Part shown: positions 63,901-64,000 of the stretch, piece after piece | Numbering within the stretch: position 1 is the stretch's first letter | How the letters are laid out: each line of letters begins with the position of its first letter | Source: Callorhinchus milii | Taxonomy: Eukaryota | Assembly: GCF_018977255.1 (NCBI RefSeq) | Contig: NW_024704742.1 | Span: forward strand, 133,674,001 to 133,738,000 | DNA: 64,000 nucleotides | Direction of reading: 5' to 3' | Program-made: the position numbers and the translations under genes | Notes under the pieces: generated by a model | Told to the model about the DNA's origin: nothing | The model's input: only the letters and a program-made list of their open reading frames with translations | The model's database searches: none

Positions 63901-64000
63901 AGGTAAAATGTGTTAGCTGGAATTATACGTCTCCAATTTTTTTTAATATTCCTCTTATTTTTCAAACGACCAAGTTTACAATATGATTTACATTTATACA

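Noticed and set aside
43000..64000. Exons of a second, convergent gene on the minus strand
   Set aside because: No non-TE frame with recognisable protein similarity; small exons could be missed by eye

Overview
Vertebrate genomic DNA, very probably a holocephalan cartilaginous fish such as elephant shark (inferred only from the SINE/LINE content). The + strand carries ten consecutive coding exons (13666-42433) of an ADAMTS12-type secreted metalloprotease gene. They join through canonical GT-AG sites into 2605 nt of uninterrupted frame (868 codons + 1 nt). They encode the end of the Cys-rich domain, the spacer, three TSP1 repeats, a long mucin-like spacer-2 and four more TSP1 repeats. The upstream exons lie outside the window, and I could not find the expected terminal PLAC exon in the 21.5 kb after the last exon. 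The rest is dominated by retroposons: three related tRNA-derived SINE types sharing a Deu-like 3' half and an L2-type tail, two L2 LINE tail types and CR1 LINE fragments. All LINE copies are truncated or disrupted. There is no CRISPR array, rRNA or true tRNA, and I found no convincing novel gene system. The best oddities are the missing PLAC exon with candidate alternative ends, covarying SINE/L2 tail hairpins, a 100-bp inverted templated insertion, a SINE that arrived in a CR1 with about 220 bp of extra 5' sequence, and a PBX-HOX/MEIS motif cluster in unique intronic DNA. Exon coordinates are exact; repeat boundaries are approximate and read by eye.
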